A stretch of DNA of 64,000 nt from Thermoplasmata archaeon (GCA_020348445.1 CP070751.1:3843765-3907764), one strand, 5' to 3'. Positions 9,706 through 19,814 are shown, counted from the first letter of the stretch. The notes: generated from the sequence alone by a model not told the origin. Program-made: numbers and translations.

Positions 9706-11661
9706 ATGAAATTGAAAAAGGAACTGGGATTGCTTGAGGTCTTCTGCATATCATCAGGCGCCATGATCAGCTCTGGTTTATTCGTGTTGCCAGCCATTGC
9801 TTATTCAAAGGCAGGACCCTATGTTATTTTTGCCTACATGTTGGCAGGTATCTTGGTTATTCCTACTATTTTATCAAAAGCTGAGCTTGTCACCGCCATG
9901 CCCAAAACAGGCGGAGTTTATTACTTTACCGACAGGAGCATGGGCCCCATGATGGGGACCTTGGGGGGACTTGCGGCATGGTTCTCACTTGCGTTCAAAT
10001 CTGCCTTTGCCTTGCTGGGAATAGGAATATTTGCCCTGTTGTTCAATCCTGGTCTTACGATATTGCAGATAAAGATAATCGCTGTCATATGCGTTTTAAT
10101 ATTCACTGTAGTCAATCTTTTGGGCGTGAAACTCGCAGGGAGAATCCAGACATTTATCGTTATCACACTCCTTGTTCTGCTTACACTGTATGTAATCACA
10201 GGTGTCTTTTTTATTGATTCATCGCGGTTCCGCCCTGAAACATCAATTGGCTTAGGCTCGGTATTTGCCACCGCAGGTCTTGTTTTTGTCTCCTATGCTG
10301 GGACCACGAAAATCGCGGCTGTGGCAGGGGAGGTCAAAGATCCTGGGCGAAACCTACCTCTAGGCATGTTCTTTTCCTGGGGTGTTGTGACGATGCTTTA
10401 CATCATGGTGATCTTCGTAACTGTGGGTACTGTTGCGCCAGGGGAACTCAGGGACACCCTAACACCCATTACATTGGGTGGAGAGGTTTCAATGGGCCTT
10501 TTCGGCATTATAATAATGAGCTTTGCTGCCATCTTGGCCTACATTTCCACTGGTAATGCGGGTATCTTGGCTGCATCCCGCGATCCAATGGCCATGGGGA
10601 AAGATGACCTATTACCCAGGACTTTTGGGAACGTATCTAAGCGGGGAACACCATGGGTTGCGATCCTTTTTACTTCTGCATTCATGATTGTTGTTGTGCT
10701 GTTTCTGGATCTCGAAGATTTTGTAAAGACAGCCTCCACATTGAAACTCATATTGTTTATCCTGGCGAACCTTGCCCTTATATTTATGAGGGAGAGTAAC
10801 ATAAGACACTATCGCCCCAAATATAAGGCACCTTTTTACCCTTATGTTCAGATATTTGGGATTATCGGATACGGATTTCTCATCTTTCAGATGGGGAGCG
10901 TTCCCCTCATGATAACTGGTATCTTTCTTGCCTGCGGATTGGGCTGGTATTTTATTTATGCACATGGGAAAATCAAACGCGAATACGCTCTTCTTCATGT
11001 GGTGGAAAGGGTAATAGGCATCAAATCCACGGATCACCTACTAGACGAGGAATTAAGAGAAGTACTGATAGAGAGAGACAATATCCTAGAATCCAGATTT
11101 GAACAGAACATAAAGAAGTGTACTGTTTTGGACCTCAAATATTTTGTTCCGCCAGAGGAGTTCGCTGAAAAGGTGGCAGAGCCCTTGGCTAAACACTTGA
11201 ATATGAGCGAGGATGAACTGTATTTTCGGTTAATTAACCGAGAAAAAAAATCCAATATAATGGTAAGACCAGGATTTGCGGTGATCTCCTTTCATATCAA
11301 AGGACGAAACAAGTTTGAAATTGAATTGGTGCGAACAAAAAGAGGTGCCCGCTTCTCAGACGAATTCCCAGCAGTTCGTGCAGCTTTTATAGTGGTTTCT
11401 TCCTCTGATGAGCAGAATTTCTATCTTCACTCCCTTATGTGGATGGTTCAAATCGCAGAAACAGTGGATTTTGAAAAAGAATGGATAAATGCAAAAGACA
11501 GCAATGAGTTACGGGAAATTATCTTAAAATCGTGGAGAAAGCGAGGAATTGAGTCGTTAGATATTAAGGAAATTGAAAAGGGGAGCCAGGAGATTATCAA
11601 AATAGAGGAAAAAAAAGAAAGCAAAGAAATCAAAGGAGATATTGATGAAGAAGACAGGTAA
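9706..11661 (+). CDS. APC-family amino acid permease with C-terminal PTS EIIA-like domain
   Basis: GAMISSGLF TM1 motif, AELVTAMPKTGG, about 12 TM helices, soluble C-terminal domain; start placed at ATG 9706 (track start 9649). Confidence 0.85.
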   Translation: MKLKKELGLLEVFCISSGAMISSGLFVLPAIAYSKAGPYVIFAYMLAGILVIPTILSKAELVTAMPKTGGVYYFTDRSMGPMMGTLGGLAAWFSLAFKSAFALLGIGIFALLFNPGLTILQIKIIAVICVLIFTVVNLLGVKLAGRIQTFIVITLLVLLTLYVITGVFFIDSSRFRPETSIGLGSVFATAGLVFVSYAGTTKIAAVAGEVKDPGRNLPLGMFFSWGVVTMLYIMVIFVTVGTVAPGELRDTLTPITLGGEVSMGLFGIIIMSFAAILAYISTGNAGILAASRDPMAMGKDDLLPRTFGNVSKRGTPWVAILFTSAFMIVVVLFLDLEDFVKTASTLKLILFILANLALIFMRESNIRHYRPKYKAPFYPYVQIFGIIGYGFLIFQMGSVPLMITGIFLACGLGWYFIYAHGKIKREYALLHVVERVIGIKSTDHLLDEELREVLIERDNILESRFEQNIKKCTVLDLKYFVPPEEFAEKVAEPLAKHLNMSEDELYFRLINREKKSNIMVRPGFAVISFHIKGRNKFEIELVRTKRGARFSDEFPAVRAAFIVVSSSDEQNFYLHSLMWMVQIAETVDFEKEWINAKDSNELREIILKSWRKRGIESLDIKEIEKGSQEIIKIEEKKESKEIKGDIDEEDR

Positions 11662-12211
11662 GATATCAAAGGAAGAGCTGATATACAAAGCGCATAAGGA
11701 TAAGGAAAAGCATGTAATGGATTTGAAACTCCGGGAGCGGGGAATGTGGGTCCATTATCTTTTTCAGAGCCTTTTAGCCACATTTTCGATATTCCTGGTA
11801 TTGCTCGTTCTCCAACTTGCCACACCTGTCATTGTGGCAGCCTTGGGTGCAACGGCTTTTGTCTGTTTTGCCATGCCAAAGAATATAACAGCCCAACCAA
11901 GAAATGTAGTAGGAGGGCACATGGTGGGTGTTCTGTCAGGAGGTGTGTGTGCATTATTGTTCATCTCATTTGGGGGGGATTCAACGTTTATCCACATAAT
12001 TTTCGCAAGCCTTTCCGTTGGTGTTACCATCTTTATCATGGTGGTTACAGATACAGAGCATCCGCCGGGATGCAGCACTGCCCTGGGTTTGGTAGTTCAT
12101 CCCGCAGTGCCTTTGGATGTGGCCCTTTATGGAGGATTCATTTTAATCAGTGCCTCGATCATCGCTTTTGTAAAGCATGCACTTGACCCAAAGTTAAAGG
12201 ACCTGGTATGA
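11642..12211 (+). CDS. HPP family membrane protein
   Basis: ALGATAF, AQPRNVVGGH, TDTEHPPG motifs. Confidence 0.88.
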   Translation: MMKKTGKISKEELIYKAHKDKEKHVMDLKLRERGMWVHYLFQSLLATFSIFLVLLVLQLATPVIVAALGATAFVCFAMPKNITAQPRNVVGGHMVGVLSGGVCALLFISFGGDSTFIHIIFASLSVGVTIFIMVVTDTEHPPGCSTALGLVVHPAVPLDVALYGGFILISASIIAFVKHALDPKLKDLV

Positions 12212-12711
12212 TGGAGAAAAAATTCAATATAATCGGCTGCAGGGGCAAAATCGATTCTGTTGAAGAATTCATAAAAAAGGCCCGAGATTTTGTGTCAAAT
12301 AACGATCTTTTGCTGCAATTTTTAGATGCTGATAAAATAATTGGCAAAGAGCATATCCTCTTGGCAATTGAGCATGCAATCCGGGCATTTGAAAGAAAGG
12401 ACAACATCTCGGAAACCCTGGCCATGGAAATCCTTATCTATGCTGCAGGCGAACCCCAGATAAACAACGCACTGGCCGCAATTGGATTAAAAGATGGATG
12501 TGAAAAAGTGGCGGTTATTGCCGATAGTTCCATGGATATTGGATCATTGTTGGCCCACTTGAACCTGAGCCGAGATGACGAGGTCTTGACATTCAACAAA
12601 TCAAAACTTCGAGAATTTGGAATAACAGATACAGAAATTTCCACAGTGGACGAAAGCAAAATCAAGGATTTGGTGCTGGAGAGGGTGGCCATGGTAGATG
12701 TTAAGAAATGA
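12208..12711 (+). CDS. cgi121: KEOPS complex subunit Cgi121
   Basis: QFLDAD-IIGKEH, LAMEILIYAAGEPQINNALAAIGLK, LVLERVA. Confidence 0.88.
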   Translation: MMEKKFNIIGCRGKIDSVEEFIKKARDFVSNNDLLLQFLDADKIIGKEHILLAIEHAIRAFERKDNISETLAMEILIYAAGEPQINNALAAIGLKDGCEKVAVIADSSMDIGSLLAHLNLSRDDEVLTFNKSKLREFGITDTEISTVDESKIKDLVLERVAMVDVKK

Positions 12712-12815
12712 TTTTTATCTAACTTTTCCTAAACGCTACCTCAATTTTCATTTGATTATAGCAAATATATAGATTTTTATCATGCATTTTGGATTTGTTG
12801 AGTATTGTTACTAAA

Positions 12816-15323
12816 TCAAGGAGGAACATCCCAAACCCGCTCATACTTTGAGTTAATATAGTATCCTCTTCCCACCTCGAAATAATCGAACTCCTCGATT
12901 TCATCCCAAGTTTGGGTGGAGGCATCGTAAGTCCAGATCGCATTTAGATCTTGCTCAAAAATTATGTTATTCAAAGCCATGGTTCTGGTTTTATTGCTAG
13001 AAGATGGATATCCCACAAGATTCCAACCAGGATATAGGGTAATTATCATGTTTTCGAAGGGTGGGATTCCAAAGTATTCGAATGAAATACCACCTTGCTC
13101 GGTGATATATATCCAAAAGCCAATGGTGTGGTCTATGTCATGAAAATCGTTCAAATGAGATGGTTTTAAGGAACAGTTATGCTTCCAATGGTCGTTATCA
13201 TCCATTGTATTATACCATTGGACTGCTTTGTATGAGCCGTTTATTGAAGATAAAACATCGCCTACGTTTGTGTTGGATTGAATATACGGGATTGAGATAA
13301 GATTCCAACCCTCATATAGAAAGATGTAATTTCCAATGGGGACAACTAACGGGTAGTTATCCCGGGAATCATCATCTATTGCATAAGGAGTATCCCCTAT
13401 TCCATCACCGCCTAAGATATCTTGATTAGGCCCTTTATAGTAATCAACACCATCATAATCAGACCAATAATTACCACCGCTCGGATAACCGTTATCCCAT
13501 TGATTACCGAAATTCGTATCATCGTAGGCTTGATTGAGGTTATTAATAATATTGTTGTGATAAATTTTATTGTTTGATGATGAGCTAAGATTGATGCCTT
13601 CTACATTGTTCGATGATATTTTGTTGCTTATTATCATATTATTATTCGATGATGAAAGAACTCGTATGCCGTATTTATTGTTCGAAACATTGTTATCGGC
13701 AATCGTGTTGTCATTGGATTGAAAATCAAGTTGGATGCCCTCTCCATTGTTCGATATATTGTTGTTTGTTATGGTGTGGTTTGACGACCATCTAAGATAG
13801 ATGCCTTCTTCAAGATTCGATGAAATATTGTTGTTTGTTATGCTGTTATATGATGAAGGGGGGCCATGAATAGTGATGCCGCGCATCTTATTCGAAGAGA
13901 TATTGTTATTTATTATGTCAACGCTTGAGCAAAACCAACTTTTGATACCATCATTAAGGTTCGATGAAATATCGTTGTTTGTTATGTCAATGTTAGATGA
14001 TGAATAAAGTATGATGCCTATCAATTCATTCGATGAGATATTATTGTTAGTTATTTTAGTGTTTGATGCTGAATCGAGATAGATGCCGAGAACATCGTTA
14101 TTTGATATATTGTTGCCTGTTATGTTTATATTCATGGAGTAAGCAAGCTCGATTCCCACATCTGTTTTATTTATTTGCAAATTTTTTACATTCACGTTTG
14201 TGCAATTGGCAAGAATTACCTGCCCAAGTGATATCCCATCGATATTTATGCCGTTGCTATCCTTATAATAGAACAAGGGTCTATCGTTTACTGTATTGTT
14301 GTCAGGAATTGTGTGGGTGTTATAGTGGGAGAGTTGGTTTCCTTTTATGAAAACACCATCATTGGTGATATTGTTGTTTGCTATGGAGTTGTTTGATGTG
14401 CGGTAAAGCCAGATGCCCCACTCGTTGTTCGATAAGACAGTGTTGTTTGTTATGATGTTGTTTGATGAATAGGCAAGATAAATGCCGCAATAACTGTTTG
14501 ATGAGACATTGTTGTTTGTTATGATATTGTTTGATGGAAACCACCAAAAATAGATGCCCGCTCCCTTGTTTAAAAATATATTGTTACCATTTATCATGTT
14601 GCTGTTTGAGGAGAATAGAAGATAGATGCCCTCATAGTTCGATGTAATATTGTTGTTTATTATATTGTTGTTTGATGATGAGTCAAGCAAGATACCAACG
14701 CCATTAGAATGGTTGTAGATTTGGTTTGAAGTTATGTTGTTGTTTGATGATGAGTAAAGATATATGCCATCACCACTACTGTCAGATTGGTTGTAGATTT
14801 GGTTTGAAGTAATATTGTTATTTGATGATGAGTCGAGATAGATGCCAGAATAGTCGTTCGAATGAACTTTATTATTTGTTATGTTGTTGTTTGACGATGA
14901 GTCAAGATAAATGCCGCAACTGCCGTAGGTTATATCACAGTATTTAATCTCCGCATGTCCCGTAGAATTTATCTGAATATTTCTCCAATCCGAAAGCAGG
15001 GGCGTTATTTTGTTCGATGTTATGTTAATTCCGCTAATTTTGTTACCAACAGCACTCAGGTTTCCATCAACATATATGCTGTAGTATCCATCGAATTTTA
15101 CCTCCACACCTGGCTCAATAGTTAATATCGCGCCGCTTAAAACAATCACATCGCCAACAACAATATAAGGGCTACCTGCTAGGTCCCAGATTTCACCAGG
15201 AGGTGATATAGGTCCTCCGACTAAAGTTCCATGTGCATTCTCGCTCTCAAAATTAAAAAAACCAACAAATCCTACGATCACCAAGAGGCATACGATACCA
15301 ATCGAGGGCAATCTATTGATCAT
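12816..15323 (-). CDS. Secreted right-handed parallel beta-helix (NosD/PbH1) surface protein 1
   Basis: Signal peptide; many GIYLxSSSNNNITxN repeats; GGNYWSDY motif; C-terminal double GWNL domain. Confidence 0.85.
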   Translation of the reverse strand: MINRLPSIGIVCLLVIVGFVGFFNFESENAHGTLVGGPISPPGEIWDLAGSPYIVVGDVIVLSGAILTIEPGVEVKFDGYYSIYVDGNLSAVGNKISGINITSNKITPLLSDWRNIQINSTGHAEIKYCDITYGSCGIYLDSSSNNNITNNKVHSNDYSGIYLDSSSNNNITSNQIYNQSDSSGDGIYLYSSSNNNITSNQIYNHSNGVGILLDSSSNNNIINNNITSNYEGIYLLFSSNSNMINGNNIFLNKGAGIYFWWFPSNNIITNNNVSSNSYCGIYLAYSSNNIITNNTVLSNNEWGIWLYRTSNNSIANNNITNDGVFIKGNQLSHYNTHTIPDNNTVNDRPLFYYKDSNGINIDGISLGQVILANCTNVNVKNLQINKTDVGIELAYSMNINITGNNISNNDVLGIYLDSASNTKITNNNISSNELIGIILYSSSNIDITNNDISSNLNDGIKSWFCSSVDIINNNISSNKMRGITIHGPPSSYNSITNNNISSNLEEGIYLRWSSNHTITNNNISNNGEGIQLDFQSNDNTIADNNVSNNKYGIRVLSSSNNNMIISNKISSNNVEGINLSSSSNNKIYHNNIINNLNQAYDDTNFGNQWDNGYPSGGNYWSDYDGVDYYKGPNQDILGGDGIGDTPYAIDDDSRDNYPLVVPIGNYIFLYEGWNLISIPYIQSNTNVGDVLSSINGSYKAVQWYNTMDDNDHWKHNCSLKPSHLNDFHDIDHTIGFWIYITEQGGISFEYFGIPPFENMIITLYPGWNLVGYPSSSNKTRTMALNNIIFEQDLNAIWTYDASTQTWDEIEEFDYFEVGRGYYINSKYERVWDVPP

Positions 15324-15480
15324 ATTGACCCTTCTCCGTCTTAAATTGCTGTTATTATCTATATTGGTGCTGTATATTATATATGTTTTGTAATCCCAAA
15401 TAAAAGGGAAAAAAATATGCGTAGGAACTTATCCGCTCCCGGCAATTAAGAACATAGTGCGTGAAATGTTTGGTTTGTCT

Positions 15481-15957
15481 CTACCAGCCAACAGCATCGA
15501 CTTCTGGTCCGTAGATTGAATCACCAAAACCAGTCTGACCCGTTGCACCAGTGATATAAACGTATTGCCACACCTCTCCTGGGTCCGACGGTGTTTCAAA
15601 GGTTAAATTCTCTGTATCCCAACCATTCCCCAAAACAGCCTCAGTCAAGTTAGCTGACTCTATCTGTATCCCATATGATTCATTTATAGTAGAACTGGCG
15701 TAAACCGTGAAAGTTGTGCTGGGGGGGATCCCATCGCCCTCATCAAAAGCGAGCCTCAGCATTCCGAGTCTTTTAGGATTATTTTGCCCTGCGGTAGCAT
15801 GGACACCGTCTGGGGCACCGATTGCTTCATTTGCATTTGTACAGTACATGGAACCAGTTGTAGATACTATCCAAGGAGCAACTGATGAACCGCTCATAAA
15901 GATGGTAACGGCTAGTACAATTCCAAATATTATGACAAACCTCTTCATTTTTTTCAC
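15481..15957 (-). CDS. Small secreted hypothetical protein A (ends GPEVDAVGW)
   Basis: GAGGTGA RBS, signal peptide, paralog of 19027-19527. Confidence 0.75.
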   Translation of the reverse strand: MKKMKRFVIIFGIVLAVTIFMSGSSVAPWIVSTTGSMYCTNANEAIGAPDGVHATAGQNNPKRLGMLRLAFDEGDGIPPSTTFTVYASSTINESYGIQIESANLTEAVLGNGWDTENLTFETPSDPGEVWQYVYITGATGQTGFGDSIYGPEVDAVGW

Positions 15958-15980
15958 CTCCCTTCAACCTGGTATTTATT

Positions 15981-15996
15981 CCGCGCCCCACCTCGG
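15981..15996 (-). promoter_or_regulatory. Conserved 16-nt leader motif CCGAGGTGGGGCGCGG, copy 1
   Basis: Identical to 19572-19587; both lie upstream of the paralogous small genes. Confidence 0.5.
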
Positions 15997-16191
15997 CGCG
16001 TTATCATCTCGCAGCCCAAAAATATCAAAGGGCCGGTTCTAGAAAGTTTCAACTGGAATATCGTATTATTATCCTTCCTCTCCCGCCTTTTTATCACCCC
16101 CGCCCTCTCCGTGTTTTTTGATGGAGTCGTCACATCTCAGGTGGTAACGTTTCCTACAATACATTCCTTTGCATAACAGTTGCTAAGTGGT

Positions 16192-16235
16192 GTATAAAAA
16201 CGTTTTGTGGAACGTTCCGCAAAAGATTTTTATAC
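16192..16235. repeat. 44-bp imperfect palindrome with outward-facing TATA boxes
   Basis: GTATAAAAA-CG-TTTTGTGGAAC|GTTCCGCAAAA-GA-TTTTTATAC; 19 of 22 positions complementary. Confidence 0.8.
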
Positions 16236-16301
16236 TAGAAAATGTCCAGATAAAAAGAATATACCCAATAACGGAGTGGTGAGGAAACAATAAGTTTTAC
16301 A

Positions 16302-18860
16302 TCAAATCCCAATAAACATGAATTTCGTGGAGTTTGAAGTGGATATTTGGTATCCTTTCGTCATTTCTAAAACGGTATCAAAAGCACCCTCGGGCATTCT
16401 TATGGAATGCCAGCACCATCTCTGCCCAGTGTAATCAAAATAATTAATCCCAACTGTATCGGGGATGTTATCACAATACCAATCAGCAGTGTGGTTAACA
16501 TCCAATTTCAGCGGTATCCCCATTGTATCGTATCCCTCAGAATATTCCTCAGTCCAGATTCCCACGCTGTATGTGCTCGCACCCTGGGTACCGAGAGCAT
16601 TGAAAGGAACCACCATGTAATACAGCCTCGATCCGGGATTGTTAGCCCCTGCACCGAAATGGGTGGTGGTATTGGTTTCAAAATTAACAGGAGGTTCAAC
16701 CCGATAATAATTGAAATCAATGTCTCCAAAAAAACCATCCCTTGTATAAGAATAATAAATCTCGTAATAATCTCCGGGAGCCATAGTTGGAGGCTCCCAC
16801 CAGGTCAAGTTCACATCCCCGTTAGGCTCAACCCAAACCTCAAGGCTCTTCGCCTCGAACATCGGGTCAAATCCTAAAAAGGTAATATCATCTTCGAAAA
16901 TGATCATAGCACCTGGAAAACCGCAGAAGGTGTACTTGGTTGTGTTCTCGAATTTTATTTCATAAGCTTCACCGAGCTCTACGAGTGTATTATTATCAGG
17001 AAGTCCCCTGCTATGCTGCATCCAATTGTGCGTTGTCGGACTCATCCATTTGATAAAACTGGCGTTCATGTCTTGACAATAAAACTCGGTATCATGTTCA
17101 ACAAAAGGTTCCAAGGGCAAGGAGAATGTGGATACCCCGGGTTGAAAAGTCCTTGTCCAAATCCCTGCCGTGTTGGTTGTGGTGCTTATATCGGACTCAT
17201 CGAAATTAGCGGCGCGGACGGCGTAATAGAAATCATCATCGACTGCTGTCACAATGGGATCTGGATCAATCCAGTTCGTGCTCAATGGATTTGACCAAGT
17301 TATACTGCTGTTAAGTGGTGCGAAAAAATCGAATTCTGTGGCTGAATCAGCCCTATATATCAGATAATGGTCCACCTCAGATGAAGTAGAAGGGTCCCAT
17401 TCCAACTCCACATTCTCACCGTTATTAACGACCTTTGTTCTCAAGTTCTTGGGCGGCAATAGATAAGTTGGTGCCCCAAGCACGATGACCACAACCTTAC
17501 TAACATCCATAAAAGGGTCGGCAAAGCCCCAAAGCAGGCCATCGGTGGCTGAAACACTGTGAGGCGTGAAATATGCTCTATCGCCTATGTTATCGCCATT
17601 AATGTCCTGTGCTACATATTCGGTTACAGTAATCCATCTTGCCCATCCATTAAAATCAGCCAGGTCTCCAAATAATTCAAGATCGTAATAATCTCTTACC
17701 CAAATGTTTGCATAGCTCACAGGATCTCCGTTGAAGTAGATCACATTCACATGCATGAACCATTTAACAGTCAATGTTGAATCCATATCGCCAAAGAAGA
17801 CCTTGTTCTTGTTAAAACTCGTATTGAGTGCGATCGCATGGGAATCATCAGTCAAATTAAAATCATAATAAGTAGGATTTGATAGAGTGCAGTTAATGAA
17901 ATTATTGCCGCTGGACTGAGAGTCCATATACACGTTGTATTTGTTATTGAAGATTGAGTTGTCAATGAATGTGTTATTTATTGCGGCGATAAGTACAATC
18001 CCACTATCATCATTATTGTAAACTTTATTTCCACTGATATAATTCTTTGAGGTACTATAAAACTTATACCAGATGCTTTCGAAATAAATGCCATTATCGT
18101 TGTTGTACACTGTGTTCCCCATGACAACATTGTCATTAGACCGTATAATTCGGATACCTGCCCACGGGGTGATACTACCTAATCCATTATTGTAAACGAT
18201 ATTGTCAATAATAAAATTACTGCCCCCTTGGTCTATATAATTACCGGTCCCTTGCGCAATATGTATACCATCATTTGTATTATTATAAACTATATTGTTA
18301 ATAATGCTATTATTTGAAAAATATTCTTCGTCAACTGAGCTATCTTCTTCAAACTTTATTCCAACTTGATTACTATATACAATGTTTCCTATAATCTTGT
18401 TATTGAAATATGGGTCTCCTGTGAAATAGAAACCATGAAATGAGTTGTCGTGAACTATATTGTTTATAAAAGCATTGTTTGAACATTGGTTAGAATAAAT
18501 GCCAAAACTACCATTTGTAAGGGTAAAGCCAGTTATATTCACCCAATCTACAGATGAAAGCCATACCACTGTCTTACCTATACCATCTATAATTGTGGTA
18601 TTCTTATCTTCTCCAATCAGGTTTATTGTTTTATCTATCAAGAGGGCCTCTGTATAGACGCCGCCGTAAACAAAAACGGTATCCCCGGGGTTTGCTAGGG
18701 CTATGCCTCCACTTATAGAGGTTGAGTCGTTCCCAACACCTGAACCTACATAGATTATGGTACTTGCCCTCACAACTTTAGACTCAAAGGTGATCAATCC
18801 TAAGAATCCTGCGGTGACAATTAGGAACGCGATTCCAACCGAGATTAATCTATATTTCAT
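16302..18860 (-). CDS. Secreted beta-helix surface protein 2 with FnIII-like and C-terminal domains
   Basis: PbH1 repeats; PPKNL-VELEWDP FnIII-like segment; start placed at MKYRLISVG (18860) by homology with the start of protein 1. Confidence 0.85.
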   Translation of the reverse strand: MKYRLISVGIAFLIVTAGFLGLITFESKVVRASTIIYVGSGVGNDSTSISGGIALANPGDTVFVYGGVYTEALLIDKTINLIGEDKNTTIIDGIGKTVVWLSSVDWVNITGFTLTNGSFGIYSNQCSNNAFINNIVHDNSFHGFYFTGDPYFNNKIIGNIVYSNQVGIKFEEDSSVDEEYFSNNSIINNIVYNNTNDGIHIAQGTGNYIDQGGSNFIIDNIVYNNGLGSITPWAGIRIIRSNDNVVMGNTVYNNDNGIYFESIWYKFYSTSKNYISGNKVYNNDDSGIVLIAAINNTFIDNSIFNNKYNVYMDSQSSGNNFINCTLSNPTYYDFNLTDDSHAIALNTSFNKNKVFFGDMDSTLTVKWFMHVNVIYFNGDPVSYANIWVRDYYDLELFGDLADFNGWARWITVTEYVAQDINGDNIGDRAYFTPHSVSATDGLLWGFADPFMDVSKVVVIVLGAPTYLLPPKNLRTKVVNNGENVELEWDPSTSSEVDHYLIYRADSATEFDFFAPLNSSITWSNPLSTNWIDPDPIVTAVDDDFYYAVRAANFDESDISTTTNTAGIWTRTFQPGVSTFSLPLEPFVEHDTEFYCQDMNASFIKWMSPTTHNWMQHSRGLPDNNTLVELGEAYEIKFENTTKYTFCGFPGAMIIFEDDITFLGFDPMFEAKSLEVWVEPNGDVNLTWWEPPTMAPGDYYEIYYSYTRDGFFGDIDFNYYRVEPPVNFETNTTTHFGAGANNPGSRLYYMVVPFNALGTQGASTYSVGIWTEEYSEGYDTMGIPLKLDVNHTADWYCDNIPDTVGINYFDYTGQRWCWHSIRMPEGAFDTVLEMTKGYQISTSNSTKFMFIGI

Positions 18861-19026
18861 ACCAACCCTTCTTGGTTTTGAACTCCTACTATCACAAACA
18901 TTGGTATTGTTCCTCAAATACTTTTCCATTTTCCCCTTAAAAAAAAGGGAAAAAAGAGAAGATGCTTAGAAGCAAATCTTCTCCTAGCAATGACTAGTGA
19001 ATTTCAATGGAATATTTCGTTTGTCT
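18757..19026. repeat. Direct repeat copy 1 (intergenic region plus signal-peptide region of surface protein 2)
   Basis: Near-identical to about 21897-22167, e.g. GAACTCCTACTATCACAAACATTGGTATTGTTCCTCAAATACTTTTCCATTTT in both. Confidence 0.9.
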
Positions 19027-19527
19027 CTATGGTTTATCCCAGCCGACTGCATCAATGTCTGGACCGTAGACGTAATCTCCTCCTTCAAAGGCAGTAAGGC
19101 CTGATGTAGCCTCGATATAGATATATCGCCATGAACCATTAAAAGGCTGTGATGGTGTTGTGAAAATTTCATCATCTAAGTCTGAACCATCACCTACATA
19201 TGACATAGTTGCTTTTTCTGTAGTTTCGCCTACCCACACAGAATAATTTTCCTCCATAGAAGAATCGGCGAACACCGTGAATTCCTGGCTGAATGGCATC
19301 TCATTGCCTGATCCTAGATCGAGTAATACCCATCCGAGAACGGGTGGAGGACCATCCTCCCCAAGACTCGCATAGTTATCATCCGGAGCACCATTTATAT
19401 TATCTGTATTACTAGTATTATCTTCATCAATCCATGTGACGTAGACCCATGTTGCAACTGCAGACCCACTAATAATGATCACCATGGCTATTAGTAATGT
19501 TCCTAATATTGCGATGAATCTTCTCAT
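19027..19527 (-). CDS. Small secreted hypothetical protein B (ends GPDIDAVGWDKP)
   Basis: GGAGGTGA RBS, signal peptide, paralog of 15481-15957. Confidence 0.75.
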   Translation of the reverse strand: MRRFIAILGTLLIAMVIIISGSAVATWVYVTWIDEDNTSNTDNINGAPDDNYASLGEDGPPPVLGWVLLDLGSGNEMPFSQEFTVFADSSMEENYSVWVGETTEKATMSYVGDGSDLDDEIFTTPSQPFNGSWRYIYIEATSGLTAFEGGDYVYGPDIDAVGWDKP

Positions 19528-19549
19528 TCTTAATCACCTCCTCCCATTC

Positions 19550-19660
19550 TCAGGGTTTATTGGTATTTGACCCGCGCCCCACCTCGGTGTGACCCATTCT
19601 ACTTATTACACCATAACCTACGATAACAGCTAATATGACCTGAATCATGGTCATTACCAT
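19550..19660 (-). CDS. Putative 36-aa hydrophobic micropeptide MVMTMIQVILAVIVGYGVISRMGHTEVGRGSNTNKP
   Basis: AGGTGA RBS immediately upstream of the ATG; CGAAAACC-TTATATATA promoter near 19750; single hydrophobic stretch. Confidence 0.4.
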   Translation of the reverse strand: MVMTMIQVILAVIVGYGVISRMGHTEVGRGSNTNKP

Positions 19661-19814
19661 CTTTTCACCTTTGGACCTCTTAGGATGGCGCCCTCGCATA
19701 TGAAGAGTTGAACTTTCCCGCAACTCCCTTCCATTTACAAATAGGGATATATATAAGGTTTTCGACTTTGAAATGTAGAAAGGACATAGGTTACAATAAG
19801 AAGAGTAATATCTC

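Noticed and set aside
14580-14910. Nucleotide repeats such as TTTGATGATGAGT
   Set aside because: Explained by PbH1 protein repeats
18861-18929. 23-aa N-terminal extensions on surface proteins 2 and 3 (also 22002-22070)
   Set aside because: Part of the duplicated intergenic block; the homologous ATG of protein 1 supports the MKYRLIS start
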